Shown: in pieces, positions 47,860 through 61,191 of the stretch
How the letters are laid out: each line of letters opens with the position of its first letter
Numbering within the stretch: the stretch's first letter is position 1
Position numbers and translations under genes: made by a program
Source: Squalus acanthias
Lineage: Eukaryota
Direction: 5' to 3'
Assembly (NCBI GenBank): GCA_030390025.1
Contig: CM059432.1
Span: 105,464,001-105,528,000 of the forward strand
Length of the DNA: 64,000 nt
The notes under the pieces: generated by a model
What the model was told of the DNA's origin: nothing
The model's input: only the letters and a program-made list of their open reading frames with translations
Databases searched by the model: none

Positions 47860-50800
47860 AAACATAGAAACATAGAAACATAGAAGATAGGAGCAGGAGT
47901 AGGCCATTCGGCCCCTCGAGCCTGCTCCGCCATTTGATGAGATCATGGCTGATCATCCAAACTCAGTACCCTGTACCTGCCTTCACCCCATATCCCTTGA
48001 TACCTTTAGCTTTAAGAAATATATCTAACTCATTCTTGAATATATTTAATGACTTGGCCTCAACTACCTTCTGTGGTAGAGAATTCCACAGGTTCACCAC
48101 TCTCTGGGTGAAGAAATTCTTCCTCATTTCTGTCCTAAATGGCTTACCCGTTATCCTTAGATTATGACCCCTGGTTCTGGACTCTCCGACCATCGGGAAC
48201 ATTCTTCCTGCATCTAGTTTGTCCAGACCTGTCAGAATTTTATATGTTTCGATGAGATACCCTCTCATTCTTCTATACTCCAGCGAGTATAAGCTCAATC
48301 GACCCAATCTCTCCTCATATGTCATTCCTGCCATCCCAGGTATCAGCCTTGTGAATCTTCGCTGAACTCCTTCCATGGCAAGAACATCCTTCCTCAGATA
48401 AGGCGACCAAAACTGCACACAGTACTCAAGGTGTGGTCTCACCAAGGCCCTGTACAACTGCAGCAGGACATCCCTGTTCCTATACTCAAACCCTTTCGCT
48501 ATGAAGGCCAACATACCATTTGCCTTCTTCACCGCCTGCTGCACCTGCATGCTTACTTTCAGCGACTGGTGCACAACGACACCCAGGTCTCATTGCACTT
48601 CCCCTTCTCCCAATCTATTGCCATTCAGATAATAGTCTGCCTTTCTGTTTTTGACACCAAAGTGGATAACCTCGCACTTATCCATGTTATATTGCATCTG
48701 CCACGCTTCTGCCCACTCACCCAACCTGCCCAAATAATCCTGGAGTTTCTCGGCATCCTCCTCGCAGCCTACACTCCCACCCAGCTTTGTGTCATCTGCA
48801 AACTTGGAGATATTACATTTAGTTCTCTTATCTAGATAATTAATGTATATTGTGAATAGCTGGGGTCCAAGGACCGATCCCTGCGGTACCCCACTAGTCA
48901 CTGCTTGCCACTCGGAAAAAGACCCATTAATTCCTACTCTCTGCTTTCTGTCTGCCAACCAGTTCTCTATCCAAGTCAATACCTTGCCCCCAATCCCATG
49001 TGCCTTAACTTTACACGCTAATCTCTTATGTGGGACCTTATCGAAAGCTTTTTGAAAGTCCAAATACACCACATCTACTGTTTCTCCCTTATCTATTTTC
49101 CCAGTTACATCCTCAAAAAAATTCCAGTAGATTAGTCAAGCACGGTTTACCTTTTGTAAATCCATATTGACTTTGTCCGATACTGTCACTGTTTTTCAAG
49201 TGCTCAGCTATTACATCCTTTATAATCGACTCTAGCATTTTCCCTAATACCGATGTCAGGCTTACCGGTCTGTAATTCCCCGCTTTCTCTCTACCACCCT
49301 TTTTGAATAGTGGGGTAACATTAGCTACCCTCCAATCCATGGGTACAGTTCCAGATTCCATCGAATGTTGGAAGATGATCAGCAATGCATCTACTATTTC
49401 TAGGGCCGCTTCCTTAAGTACCCTAGGATGTAGATTATCAGGCCCTGGGGATTTATCGGCCTTCAATCCCGTCAATTTCCCTAACACCATTTCCCTGCAA
49501 ATACTGATTTCTTTCAGTTCCTCCCTTTCATCAGACCGTATGTTCTCCAACATCTCTGGGAGGTTATTTGTGTCCTCCTTTGTGAAGACAGAACCAAAAT
49601 ATGCATTTAATTGGGCTGCCATTTCTTTGTTCCACATTATAACTTCCCCCGCTTCTGACTGCAAGGGACCTACACTTGATTTCACTAATCTTTTTCTCTT
49701 CACATATCTATAAAAGCTCTTACAGTCAGTTTTTATGTTCCCAGCAAGCTTACTTTCATATTCTATTTTCCCCTTCTTAATTAATCCCTTTGTCTTCCTT
49801 TGTTGAATCCTAAACTGCTCCCAATCCTCAGGGCTACCGCTTTTTCTGGCCAATTTATATGCCCTCTCCTTGGATCTTATGCTATCCCTAATTTCCCTTG
49901 TTAGCCACGGTTGAGTCACCCTTTTTGTTTTATTCTTATGCCACACTGGGATGAACAAATTCTGTAGTTCATCCATGCAGTCTTTGAATGTTTGCCATTG
50001 CCTATCCACCATCAACCCCTTGAGTGACATTCCCCAATCAATCCTACCCAATTCCCGCCTCTTACCATCGTAGTTTCCTTTATTTAAATTCAGGACCCTA
50101 GTCTCTGATTCAACTACTTCACTCTCCATCCTAATGAAGAATTCTATCATATTATGATCACTCTGACCCAAGGGGCCTCGTACAACAAGATTGCTAATTA
50201 ATCCTTTCTCGTTACATAATACCCAGTCTAAGATGGCCTGATCTCTGGTTGGTTCCTCGACATATTGTTCCAGAAAACCATCCCGTAAACATTCTAGGAA
50301 TTCCTCCTCCACAGTATTTTTACTAATTTGGTTAGCCCAATCTATATGTAAATTAAAGTCACCCATGATGACTGCTGTGCCCTTACTGCATGCTTCTCTA
50401 ATTTCCCTTTTAATGCCGTCCCCAACCTCCGTATTACTGTTTGGAGGTCTATATACCACTCCCACTAATGTTTTCTGCCCCTTGTTATTTCTTAGTTCTA
50501 CCCATACAGATTCTGCATCATCAGAGCTAATATCCTTCCTTTCAATTGTGTTAATCCCCTCTTTAACCAGCAATGCTACCCCACCTCCCTTTCTTTTTTG
50601 CCTATCTTTCCTAAATATTGAATAACCCTGGATGTTGAGTTCCCAGCCTTGGGCACCCTTGAGCCATGTTTCTGTAATCCCAATCAAATCGTATTCATTT
50701 ACCTCTATTTGCGTAGCTAATTCATCCACCTTGTTCCGAATGCTCCTTGCATTAAGACACAAAGCCTTCAGGCTTGTTTTTTTAATGCTCTCCGACCTAT

Positions 50801-51539
50801 ATGAATTATTATTTACTGTGACCATGTTTGATTTAAACCGTTGAGTTCTTTGCCTTCTACTTTTGTTTTTCTCCTTCCTGTCTTTTGCTTTTATCCTTGT
50901 TTCCCTTTCCTCTGTCTCCCTGCTCAGGTTCTCAACCCCCTGCCACTTTAGTTTAAACCCTCCCCAACAGCACTAGCAAACACTCCCCCTAGGACATCGG
51001 CTCCAGCCCTGCCCAGGTGCAGACCGTCCCGTTTGTACTGGTCCCACCTCCCCCAGAACCGGTTCCAATGTCCAAGGAATTTGAATCCCTCCCCCTTGCA
51101 CCATTCCTGTAGCCACATATTCATTTGAAATATCCTTCTATTTCTACTCTGACTAGCACGTGGCACTGGTAGCAATCCTGAGATTACTACCTTTGAGGTC
51201 CTCTTTTTTAATTTACCTCCTAACTCCCTATATTCTGCTTTTAGGACCTCATCCCATTTTTTACCTATATCGTTGATGCCTATGTGCACCACGACAACTG
51301 GCTGCTCGCCCTCCCCCTCCAAAATATTCTGTAGCTGCTCCGAGACGTCCTTGACCCTTGCACCAGGGAGGCAACACACCATCCTGGAGTCTCGATTGCG
51401 GCCACAGAAACGCCTATCTATACCCCTTACAATTGAATCCCCTATCACTATAGCTCTTCCACACTTTTTCCTCCCAGCCTGTGCAGCAGAGCCACCCATG
51501 GTGCCAGGAAGTTGGCTGCTGCTGCCTTCCCCTGATAAG
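47860..51539 (-). mobile_element. CR1 LINE, 5'-truncated in ORF1, ORF2 largely complete
   Basis: ORF1 esterase 50948-51539, EN-RT 49113-50825, 48590-49072 (KFADDTK) and 47963-48574. CATAGAAA-repeat tail. Confidence 0.93.
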
Positions 51540-52436
51540 AACAGGCAATTTGGCATTAATTCACACATCATAAACATGAGCATGTTCCAAGTATCTGCTA
51601 CTCTGGGAGAGGGGGAATTAATCTCTACTCTTACTTAAGGTTTATTAATTTGTATATCCTCCAATTCAGAAACTACATTGTAAATTAATAATCTCACATC
51701 AAACTACATTATTTGCATCTCTTCGCATCTTTTGCTCTATTCAAACTGCATTATTAATATCGGTCTTATGTTGGAATTATCAGTGTAACAGTGCTGAAAG
51801 TATGGTATAATTCTGCGGCTGTTGTCCAGTCTCAGCATACGTGAGACAGCGACAAAGAGGTAGTGGAACCCTAACTTCCTGCTCAGAAAGTTCCACAAAT
51901 ACTGGTTGAGTCAGCTCAAAAAAAATTGCCTTGTCACAAGAAGTATCAAAAGCCTGAATCATCATCCTTTTTCCTTAATGAGCCTCTTTTCATAACAAAA
52001 CTGCAAGTCTCAGTATCATCCTTGTAGTTTCTGCTAATGGGTATGATGAGGTGCTGTATAAATGGAAGTATTATTTTCAGTATTTCTTTACTGTACTGTT
52101 TCACAGTAACTTGCTTGCAGAAGTTGGCTGAAACTTTAGACGCACAGGAATTATTACAATGTTGTTATTACTGACTAGGATTTACTGATAGATTCTAGTT
52201 TGGCATACAGATTTGCTGTTGTGTTTGAATTTTTCATATCCATTTCCAATTACACATGAATTATTCATAATTTCTGCTATGCTCCTCTTTCTCTCTGAGG
52301 AGTACTGTGGTGCCCTCATTTCTCACTGAGTTTAGCTGTGATGTTCAGCTTTCTCACAGTTGTTCACCATGACACTTGTTTTTCATAGGGATTTGCTGCA
52401 ATGCTCATGATTTGCTCAGAGATTCTGCATTGCATT

Positions 52437-52860
52437 AAGAAAGAAAGAACTTACATTTATATACTGCCTTTCATGACCTCAGGACATACCAAAGCACTTC
52501 ACAGCTAACAAAGTACTTTTGAAGCATAGTCACTGCTTTAATGTAGGGAATTGCAGTTGCCAATTTTCACATAGCAAGATCCCGCAAACAGCAATGAGAT
52601 AATTGAACAAATAATCTGCTTTAGCGGTGTTGGTTGAGGGATAAAGATTGGTAAACTCCTCTGCTCTTTTTCGAAATAGCGCCATGGGATCTTTTACACC
52701 TACTCAAGAGGGTAGGTGGAGCCTTGGTTTAACGTCAGCTGAAAGGCCACGCCCCTGACAGTGCAGCCGTCCCTCACGACTGCACTGGAGCGTTAGCTTA
52801 GATTTTGTGCTCAAGTCTTTGGAGTGGGGCTTGATCCTACAACCTTCTGACTCAGAGATA
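52437..52860 (-). mobile_element. DeuSINE copy
   Basis: Same body and tail as 22772-23175. Confidence 0.75.
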
Positions 52861-53011
52861 AGGCTGATACTGGTGGGCAACCGCTGTTTCCAGTGCCTTT
52901 CTAATTGCAACTGTCATTATTTCCAAGCTCTTGGTGCAAGGTAAGGCCTTTGCTTATTTACTTTGCTATTTTCAATCTAACAACTTGATTGTAGTAACAC
53001 GACCGGGATCA

Positions 53012-53140
53012 TTTATAACTTTGGCGGGGGCGGAAAACTGCCACAGTGGATCAGCCGGCAGTTATACATGCCGCCTGAAAATTGGCCGATACGCTACTGC
53101 CAGTTTTTCACTCCCACCAAAGTTGAAAGTTATGCCTGAA
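53012..53140. mobile_element. Short MITE-like palindrome
   Basis: AACTTTGGCGGGGGCGGAAAACTG ... CAGTTTTTCACTCCCACCAAAGTT. Confidence 0.5.
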
Positions 53141-53189
53141 AGATCTGAACACAATCCTCATTCATAATTTAATAAATGATAGCTTGGCT

Positions 53190-56018
53190 TTAACCAAGCA
53201 GCCTGTCCCTGAGGGCACCATAGAGAGCGAGGTGGGAGAAGAGGAGGAGGAAGAACACACCGCGTCACTGCATGTCTCACCCGCAGGCACCAGCTCAGAT
53301 ACTGGCACTATGCATTCTATAGAGATTGGTATAGTAGTGGGATCTGCACAGGGTGAGGCACTGGGGACAAGTGGACTGCAGCAAGGCCAGGGGGAAAGGG
53401 TAGCTCAGGGGCCAGCTCCCCAGAGGACGAGTTCACGCGCGAGTTCTGCTGCACAAGACTCAGATGAGGACCTCGATGGGGAGGGGTTTTGAAGAAGGGT
53501 GGTGGGCATGCACATGGAGATGATAGGTGCAATGGCAAGGGTGTCCAAGAGCCTCTCGGCAATGATAAGGAGCGTGGAGGAGTCCACCTCCAACATTGCA
53601 CAAGGCTCTGCGCACACGATGGAGCCCATCATTTCCAGTCTGCAGAGAGGCCGTGGCGACCCAGACCTGATGCCGCTTGTGATGGGCGATCTGGCAACAC
53701 AGGCAGAAGCCATGCAATGTCCTAGTGCTATAATGCAGTCTATGCTTGGTGGCATGCAATCTCAGACTGCTCTCATGCAGTCTCAGCTTGATGCCACGCA
53801 AGCTCTGACTGCTGCCATCGTGGCTGGGCCTACCACCATCGACCAGGGCTTTCTCAGTGTCTCAGCAGGCCAGCAATCTGTGCTTCAACAGATTGGTAGA
53901 GATGCTGAGGTGCTGCCCTGGGGGAGTGGCAGTGGGTCAGTGGAGCAGGAAGCTGCTGTCCTCTCTCAGGATGACAGCATTCCTTCTCCCACCACTGCCA
54001 ATCCGCCATTGCCCTTGTCGATGCCTGTCATCCAGCCAGCCCAGACTGCTGCCGTCTATGTTGAGGTGGTGCAGTCTACAACCGGGCCTTCCAGGTCCAG
54101 AGCTGCTCGAGGGTGTCCTGCAAGGCCATCTGAAGTCTCCTACAAGGACACTCAGCAGCCTTCCACCAGCCCTGCTGCAGCCACTGGGCCTATACTTCGT
54201 AGGAGCACTAGAGTAGGCAAAGGCACTGTAACAAGGGGCACTGAGGGATTGCACAAGGGTGAATAGTTTATATTTTTGTTGTAAATATGTGTTAACTGAT
54301 TATTGATAAATTTATTAGTTCAGTTTGGATTCTTTTGTGGTGTCTCTCAGTTCAGCTTTGTGCTGTGACATGGCCTGCAACAGGGATGGAATGATGGGGA
54401 TGCGGTGAACAATGGGGATCTGCGGTTGAGTGGCTGCCTCCTCCCTCGTTCCTGTTCCTCCTCCTCGTCCTCCTCGTCATCCACCTCATTTTCCACTTCT
54501 TCCTCCTCGTCCTCCTCCTCCTCCTCCTCTCCCTCTTCCTCCTCCTGAGGTGGTCCCGCAATCCCTGGTGGCAAGGGCTAGGCTCTCATGATGGCCAAAT
54601 TGTGCAGCATGCAGCAGACCACAACGAAATGGGACACCCACTCAGCTGAGTACTAGAGAGCTCCTCCCAAGCGGTCAAGGCAACGGAACTGTTGCTTGAG
54701 CACCCCGATAGTCTGCTCGATGATGTTCCTGGTCGCAGCATGGCTCTCATTATATGAGTGCTGGGCAGGAGTGTTGGGGTTGAGGAGGGGAGTCATGAGC
54801 CAGGTGGCACACCGGTCTGGTGCAGGTTAAAGGCATTGTAGCTGCTACCAGGATAGCGGGCATTGACATTGAGGATTCACTGTCTGTGGTCGCACACCAA
54901 CTGTACATTAAGTGAGTGGTAGCCTTTGCGGTTACGGAAGATCTCAGGATTGTTATGCGGTGCCTGCAAAGCCACTTGCGTGCAGTCAATGGCACCCTGC
55001 ACCATGGGGAATCCCGCTATCCTGGCAAAGCCACATGCACGCTTGTCCTGCTTCTCTCTGGTGATGGGGAAGGAAATTTAGTCCTTTCTCCTACTGTAGA
55101 GAGCCTCTGTGACCTCCCGGATGCAGCGATGGACAGCGAACTGTAAGATGTTAGCTATGTCTCCTGTTGCAGACTGGAAGGATCCGCTGGCGAAGAATTT
55201 GAGGGTGACGGTGACCTTGACTGCCACTGAGGGAGCCGTGGTCGCCCTGACCTGAGGCTGGAGGTCTGGTTGCAGGAGGTGGCAGTGTTCTGTGACCACC
55301 TCCTTGGTGAAGTGGAGCCTTCTAATACACTGCTTCTCGCTTAATTGAAGGTAGGAGAAGTGCTCTCGGAATACCCTTGGAGGGTAAAGCCTCCTGTTGA
55401 GAGTCCTGATGGCCCTCCTCCTCCCTCTGTCCACATGTTCCAATCTTTCTTGCTGCCTCCACTCCCTCCGTTGTAGATCCTGGAGGGCAAGGTCGACTGC
55501 CAGTACAGCCCCCATTAATGTAACCTAGTGTAGCAGTTTCATTTTTTTAAGAATAAAGGTAGCTACTTTTTAGATGCCACAACACTCCAGATACTAAATA
55601 ACCTTGAAATCACGGAATGAGACTGTTGCACTACGTGAAACTGACAAGAAAGCACTGAAACTCCACTAACCTACAGCTGCAACTCATTACTGATGATCCC
55701 TTTAAATAACGTCCCTGGAGCCGGCTTCCTGGTGCTTCACGCCAGCTCTCCCTGACGCTGTTTCCTCCAGGCGTTAAGGCAGGTGGCGACAATCAATTTC
55801 GCAGATCGGGCAGTCAGTGAGCATTGCACACTCACTGACATCACGCTCCAGCTGACGTTGAGGCTCCCGGCGATAACTGTTAGCGGCGGCGCCGCAGGGG
55901 GGCGGGATTTGGCATGCGGTGCTGGATTCACCTCGCCCTGGCGATAATGCTTTAGTGCCCTATTAGCGCCATCTGCTGGCACTAACAGGAGGCACTAAGT
56001 TACCGAATCTTTCCCCCC
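53190..56018. mobile_element. PIF/Harbinger transposon copy 2: Myb-partner gene C-terminal part (+, to 54266) convergent with HARBI1-like transposase (-, ~54430-55515)
   Basis: YPPRVFR..QCIRRLHF..VAVKVTVTLKFFASGSFQ, GFPMVQGAIDC, RNRKGYHSLNVQL, IIEQTIGVLKQQFRCLD, CMLHNLA and an acidic tail. TIR-like end AATCTTTCCCCC. 53190-53950 is homologous to 24940-25548. Confidence 0.85.
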
Positions 56019-56019
56019 T

Positions 56020-59000
56020 CAATGTTTTATGAAGTATATAAACAAGTTAAACTTACAAGAGTTGCAGAAGCCAGTGCTGAGCTCCACGAGTTTGTAGCCC
56101 AACCTATGCACACACACATGGGAGAGAGAATGAGAGAGAGTCATATGCGAGACACGTGACCATGATGCAGACGCCATGCACATACAGCAAACAAGCACCC
56201 CCATCACATCTTTCTCCTCACAGAAGAAGATATATTATCTAACCATTTCAGAGTTTAAAAAATACATAGTGGAACTCTTAAATTTAGCTGCAACAAAACA
56301 CATAATCACAAAGAAGTACTACAGACACACATTGTCCTTCAATCGAGCTGAAGGCTGGCGCTGTCATATATATCTGCTATTGGTGTCTGAATACCAGGCA
56401 TTTCTGCTGTTGTAGGTGTTGTCATCTGATTTTGAAACTGTGGACAGTTCAGAGGACCACTGGGGTCCTGCGTTTCAGAAGTATCCTCAATCTCAGGAGT
56501 GTTGCTTACAGATGGCTCATCAACATAAATCAACTGACGGCGATGCCTGTGATATGATGAGTCTCCGACTTGCACATCGTAGCTTCTCGGACCCACCATC
56601 CTTGAGCATGTACCCGCAATCCAAGTACTCTAGCCAGGGAATTTCTTCCAAACTGTATCACCAAGTTGTCTTGCTTGAAATGGTTTAGCATGCATATTAT
56701 AATAATGCTGCTGACATTGCTTCATGCCGACAAGTGCATGAGTGTCTTCCTCAATTGAATATTGAGGCTGCAGGAGTGTTCCAGCTATAGGAAGTAGTGT
56801 CTTGCACCTACGACCCATAAGTCTCTGTGCAAGGCTTGTTCCTACACCTTCAATTGACAAGTTGCGGCAATCTAATAGCGCTAAGAACTCTGATTGACTG
56901 GACTCTGCATTTTGTGAAGAGTCGTTTGACGGTCTTAACACAATTTTCAGTTTTGCCATTGAACTGCGAGTCAGGAGGTGATGATGTCATGTGTTTAAAT
57001 CCCCATGTCTAGGCAAATATTGTAAATTCTACTGATGCAAATTTTGGACCGTTATCTGTTACTAGTATGTCTGGTAGTCCAAATTTCACAAACATTTCCT
57101 TGCGTTCTCTCAGAACACTGCATGTAGTAACTGAAGTGAGACTGGCTACTTTGATGAAGTTACTGTAATAATCACACACTACGAGCAGGGTACGGCCATG
57201 TATTTCACAAAGGTCAGCCCCAAACTTCGACCAAGACCTAGCCACAATTTCGTACTGTAGTAGTGGTTCCTTACTTGAAGGACTACGATGAGCTAAACAG
57301 AGATCTCACTTTGGGATGTATTGTTTGAGCTCTGTTGACATCCTGAGCCAATAGAGGCTGTCGGGGACTCTACAGATACAACTTTCTATGCCAATGAGTG
57401 TTGAATGTGCTACTGACATTAGTTCCTTATGTAGAGCAGCTATCACCACAAGTTGCTGTCCCTTGAATATCAATTCACCTCGGACCGTTAGTTCATCTCA
57501 AAAGTCAAAGTAGGGGTGGAGGCATTCAGGTACATCTGACTTGATCCCAGGCCAGCCTTGCTGAATGATTATGCGCAGTTACTTCTGAACCGGGTTATCC
57601 ACTGCAGCATGATTAAGCTGTTGCCAGCATGAGTCTCCAACCGGAAGTTATTCGGATGATCGATTACTTCCAGCTCACGTGTAAAATCACAGGTATTAAT
57701 TTCTGTCAGGTATGCTCTGATAAGTGTATCAGCTAGGATTATCTTCTCCCCTTTCTTATATGAAACTCTCAGACTGTATTTTTGGAGTCTTAGTGTCATT
57801 CGTTGAAGTCATTTATGTGCATTGTTTAGTGGTTTGAGAGCTATTGATTCCAACGGACGGTGACTGTTTCATTATTCACCACAACCCCGCTGTAGATTTC
57901 GGCTTCAAATTTATCACAGGCGAACACAATCACTAAAAGTTCTTTCTCGATCCGTGCGTATCTTGTCTCTGCTGATGCTAATGCCCTTGATGCATAGGTG
58001 ACTGATTGTCTATTCTGCATCATTGTTGCTCCAAGTCCAGATTGAGATGTGTCACATTGTAGGGTGATTTCTTCCTTGAGATTATAATAACGGAGGATTG
58101 GCGTGCTGGTGACCGCTACTTTGAGTCGTTGCAATGCAAATTCTTGTGATTCTCCCCAGAATCATTCTGCGTCCTTCTACGGTTTTGTAATATCTGACAG
58201 ATGCAGGAGAAATTTACTCAGATATTGAGCAAGTCCAAGCAGTCGTTGGATCCCTACTAAAGCAGTTGGTGATGGCATCTCCAAAATTGCTTTAACTTTG
58301 GCTGGATCAACACAAAGTCCTCCTTCCATAGCAACGTGTCCAATAAAAGGTACTTCAAGCATCTCTCCAAAACCAACTGTTACAAAATCACCTGCAATGA
58401 CCTCTATCCCTTGCAGTCCTTTCACCAGCTCCTGCATCTTGCATTGGAAGACATCTGGCTGATCCCAAATGGCATACGCTTTCTGAGGTCTCGACCAAAA
58501 GGTGTGTGGAATGTGGTTAAGTATGATGATTGTTCATCGAGAGTCACGTGCCAAAATCCATTGCGGATGTCGAGAATCGTGAAGACTTTAGCTCCATGTA
58601 GGCATGTAGCTACATCTTCAATAGTCGGCAGAGGCTAATGCTTTCGCTTGATAGCTTTGTTTAAGTCTTTGGGATCTAAGCAGATGCGTAGTGTGCCATT
58701 CTTCTTCGGTATGACTGCCATCGAATTGATCCATGAGGTCAGTGTTGTTACAGAAGCAATGATGTCCTGTCTGACCAGACCATCCAGGGTTTCTTTCAGC
58801 TTATCCCTTAAAGCCACTGGTACTTGACGTGGGTCATGTTGGACCGGATCTACTGCCTTGTCGAGTCTGATTCAGTACTCTCCATTAACTTGTCCTACAC
58901 CATCACTGAAGACTCGAGGATGTTTATATATTAAGCACTCCTTGGTCAGTGGTTTGTAGTTGTCGAGCGTGTATACTGCACCAGTAGAGGGTGTTCTATT

Positions 59001-60553
59001 AATTTCATCATTATCTGTCTACTTAATGCTATTCATGCCCAGGCAGGCCTTTCTACCCAGCAGAGGGCGTATTTCAGATGGGACATTAAACCGAGCCTGC
59101 TCTCTTAAGCAGATGTAAAAGATCCCATGCCACTATTTCGAAGAAGAGCAGGGGAGTTATCCCGGTGTGTTGACCAATATTTATCCCTCAATGAACATCA
59201 CAAAAAAGTAGATTATCTGGTCATTATCGCAGGAATTTGCTGTGCACAAATTGGCTGCCACTTTTCCTACATTACAACAGTGACTACATTTCAAAAGTAC
59301 TTCATTGGGACGTCCTGAGGTCGTAAAAGGCGCTAAATAAAGTCTTTCTTTCATTTTTATTATTGCCATGCTATCAATGAGCTTACAGTCCAGCTTACAC
59401 CTAAAATCACCACGTTGGACTCGGATTCAGACACGTCCTTTAATGGGGAGCTACAATTTTGGTCTTAAGTGGTTCAACCTTTACTAGCTTAAAATCTTTT
59501 GCAGCATTTTGATATAGGTGAAGCGGAATCACATTACATTGTCTATTTGGAATTTGAGGTAGTTGCCTGACCCCAATTAAAGTGTAACACTGCGAGTCAT
59601 CCAAACCAATAGCACTGACCTCATTGATGACAAAGACTTCTTCTATCCTAGGTTCGTCATGTATTGCTCTAGCTGTCTGTCAATGTGCAGTCAATTCTTT
59701 TTCATGGCATTTCACTGCAAAATTATTACTTTTTACGCACTTGTTGCACATTTTCCGAAAGGCAAGCCACAGCTCTCTTTCGTGAAACTCATGTCCCTTC
59801 CTGCAGTTCTAACACTAACGAGTCTTTGGGGAGCCTCAGACGCTATCCCGAAACTTCCCTCTGTTGCACTTTGGGGTCTCCTTAGCTTTCTGTACTGCTC
59901 ATATTCTGTCAACTCGAATCCCTGATGAACTTGAGTTGCACCACCATGCTTTCAAATGCGTGACAAATCTCATTAGTTTTCAACAAGGTTAGGTTAGCCT
60001 CTCAAAGCAGTCTCTCCTGCACCTTATCCTTCTTCCCTTATCACTGTTTTGTGCCGTTACTCATTCTGTCTTCTAGTTGAGCTCCGTTGCAAGAGCATAA
60101 TTTTTCCAGGCTCACTTAGATCTCTTCCACTTTTCTGCAGCATTCGTGCCATGGGTGTTGAGAGCCGGAAGTGGTGGTGCACCAGACCCTGACACCATTG
60201 TGAAGACGCTGTAGGTGTCGAGTAACCGTTTTTTAAGTTGTGTAGGCCATCAATATGTTCGCCAAAAGTGAAAGTTGTTTACAACAATCACGACCACCGC
60301 CGCCACCATGTGTCGATACCTCTTTAGAGAGTAGTCGAAGCCACATGTTGTTAGAAAGCGTATCAACGTTTTATTAATTAACTAAACTCATGTTAAACTT
60401 ACATGAGTTGCAGGAGCCAGTACTGAACTCCACGAGTCTGCAGCCCAACCTACACACACACACAGGAGAGAGAAAGAGAGAGAGTCACATGCGACACATA
60501 TGAGCATGATGCAGATGTCACACACATACACCAAACGAGCACTGCGCAATACA
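56020..60553 (-). mobile_element. Old Ty3/Gypsy LTR retrotransposon, degenerate
   Basis: Diverged LTRs (~56020-56208, ~60310-60553), PPT GAGGAGAAAGA at 56209-56219, tRNA-Leu-like PBS TGGTGGCGGCGGTGG at 60294-60308. RT (LRICLDPKDLNKAI), RNase H (LQCDTSQSGLGA..IEKELL), IN (LVTDNGPKF). Confidence 0.85.
59085..59352 (+). mobile_element. 5'-truncated DeuSINE inserted in the Gypsy element
   Basis: GATGTAAAAGATCCCATG.CACTATTTCGAAGAAGAGCAGGGG and TCTT tail. Confidence 0.75.
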
Positions 60554-61191
60554 GGTCAGCCGAATTTTAAGACTGAATCGGTGATGTCGGGAGAAAGAAC
60601 GTATGAGTCAATAATACCTTACCCATATTGTTGACTCAGCCTACCAGGGATCAGAGGAGAAATTCAACTTGCCTGATTTTGGGTGTAAAATCATCATTGA
60701 GCCTGCGAATTTTGGGTTGCAATCTCCCGCACCCAATCTACTCTGGAAATGCGGAGGTTGCCATATTTGGATTAGTTGACCACCTCATAGCAGCCACATG
60801 AATATAGTATAATTAGGGTCAGGGCCTTGTTAAGGACCCTTTCACCAAATTGAACTGTGGGAGCACTGGATATGTTTATTCTTACACCCACCCTTGGCAC
60901 CAACAGTTGGGAAGGAGGCTGCACCAGACCTATTTAAAATGATCCTCGGCAGCATTCAGGTAAGTCTCTGGTTAGTCTTTCTGGACTGCTAATGGATTTT
61001 TAGGCATCATTTGGCTGTGTTGGCTGCTGTAACTGAGTGTAAACATTTTGCACATTGACTGTTTAGAGCTGCAGGACAATCTTTGTGCAGGAGATTCCTC
61101 AAAAACATATTTTACCAATATGGACTGGAGGATAAGGAGGAAGATCAACAAATCACAATGCAGAGACCTGCAGATTCTAGGGGAAGAGGGA

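Noticed and set aside
53499..54266. Novel 255-aa host protein
   Set aside because: Homologous to 24940-25548 and convergent with a Harbinger transposase, so it is the low-complexity C-terminal part of the transposon's second gene.
54347..54574. Acidic poly-Glu ORF as an independent gene
   Set aside because: It is the GAG-repeat acidic tail of the Harbinger transposase.
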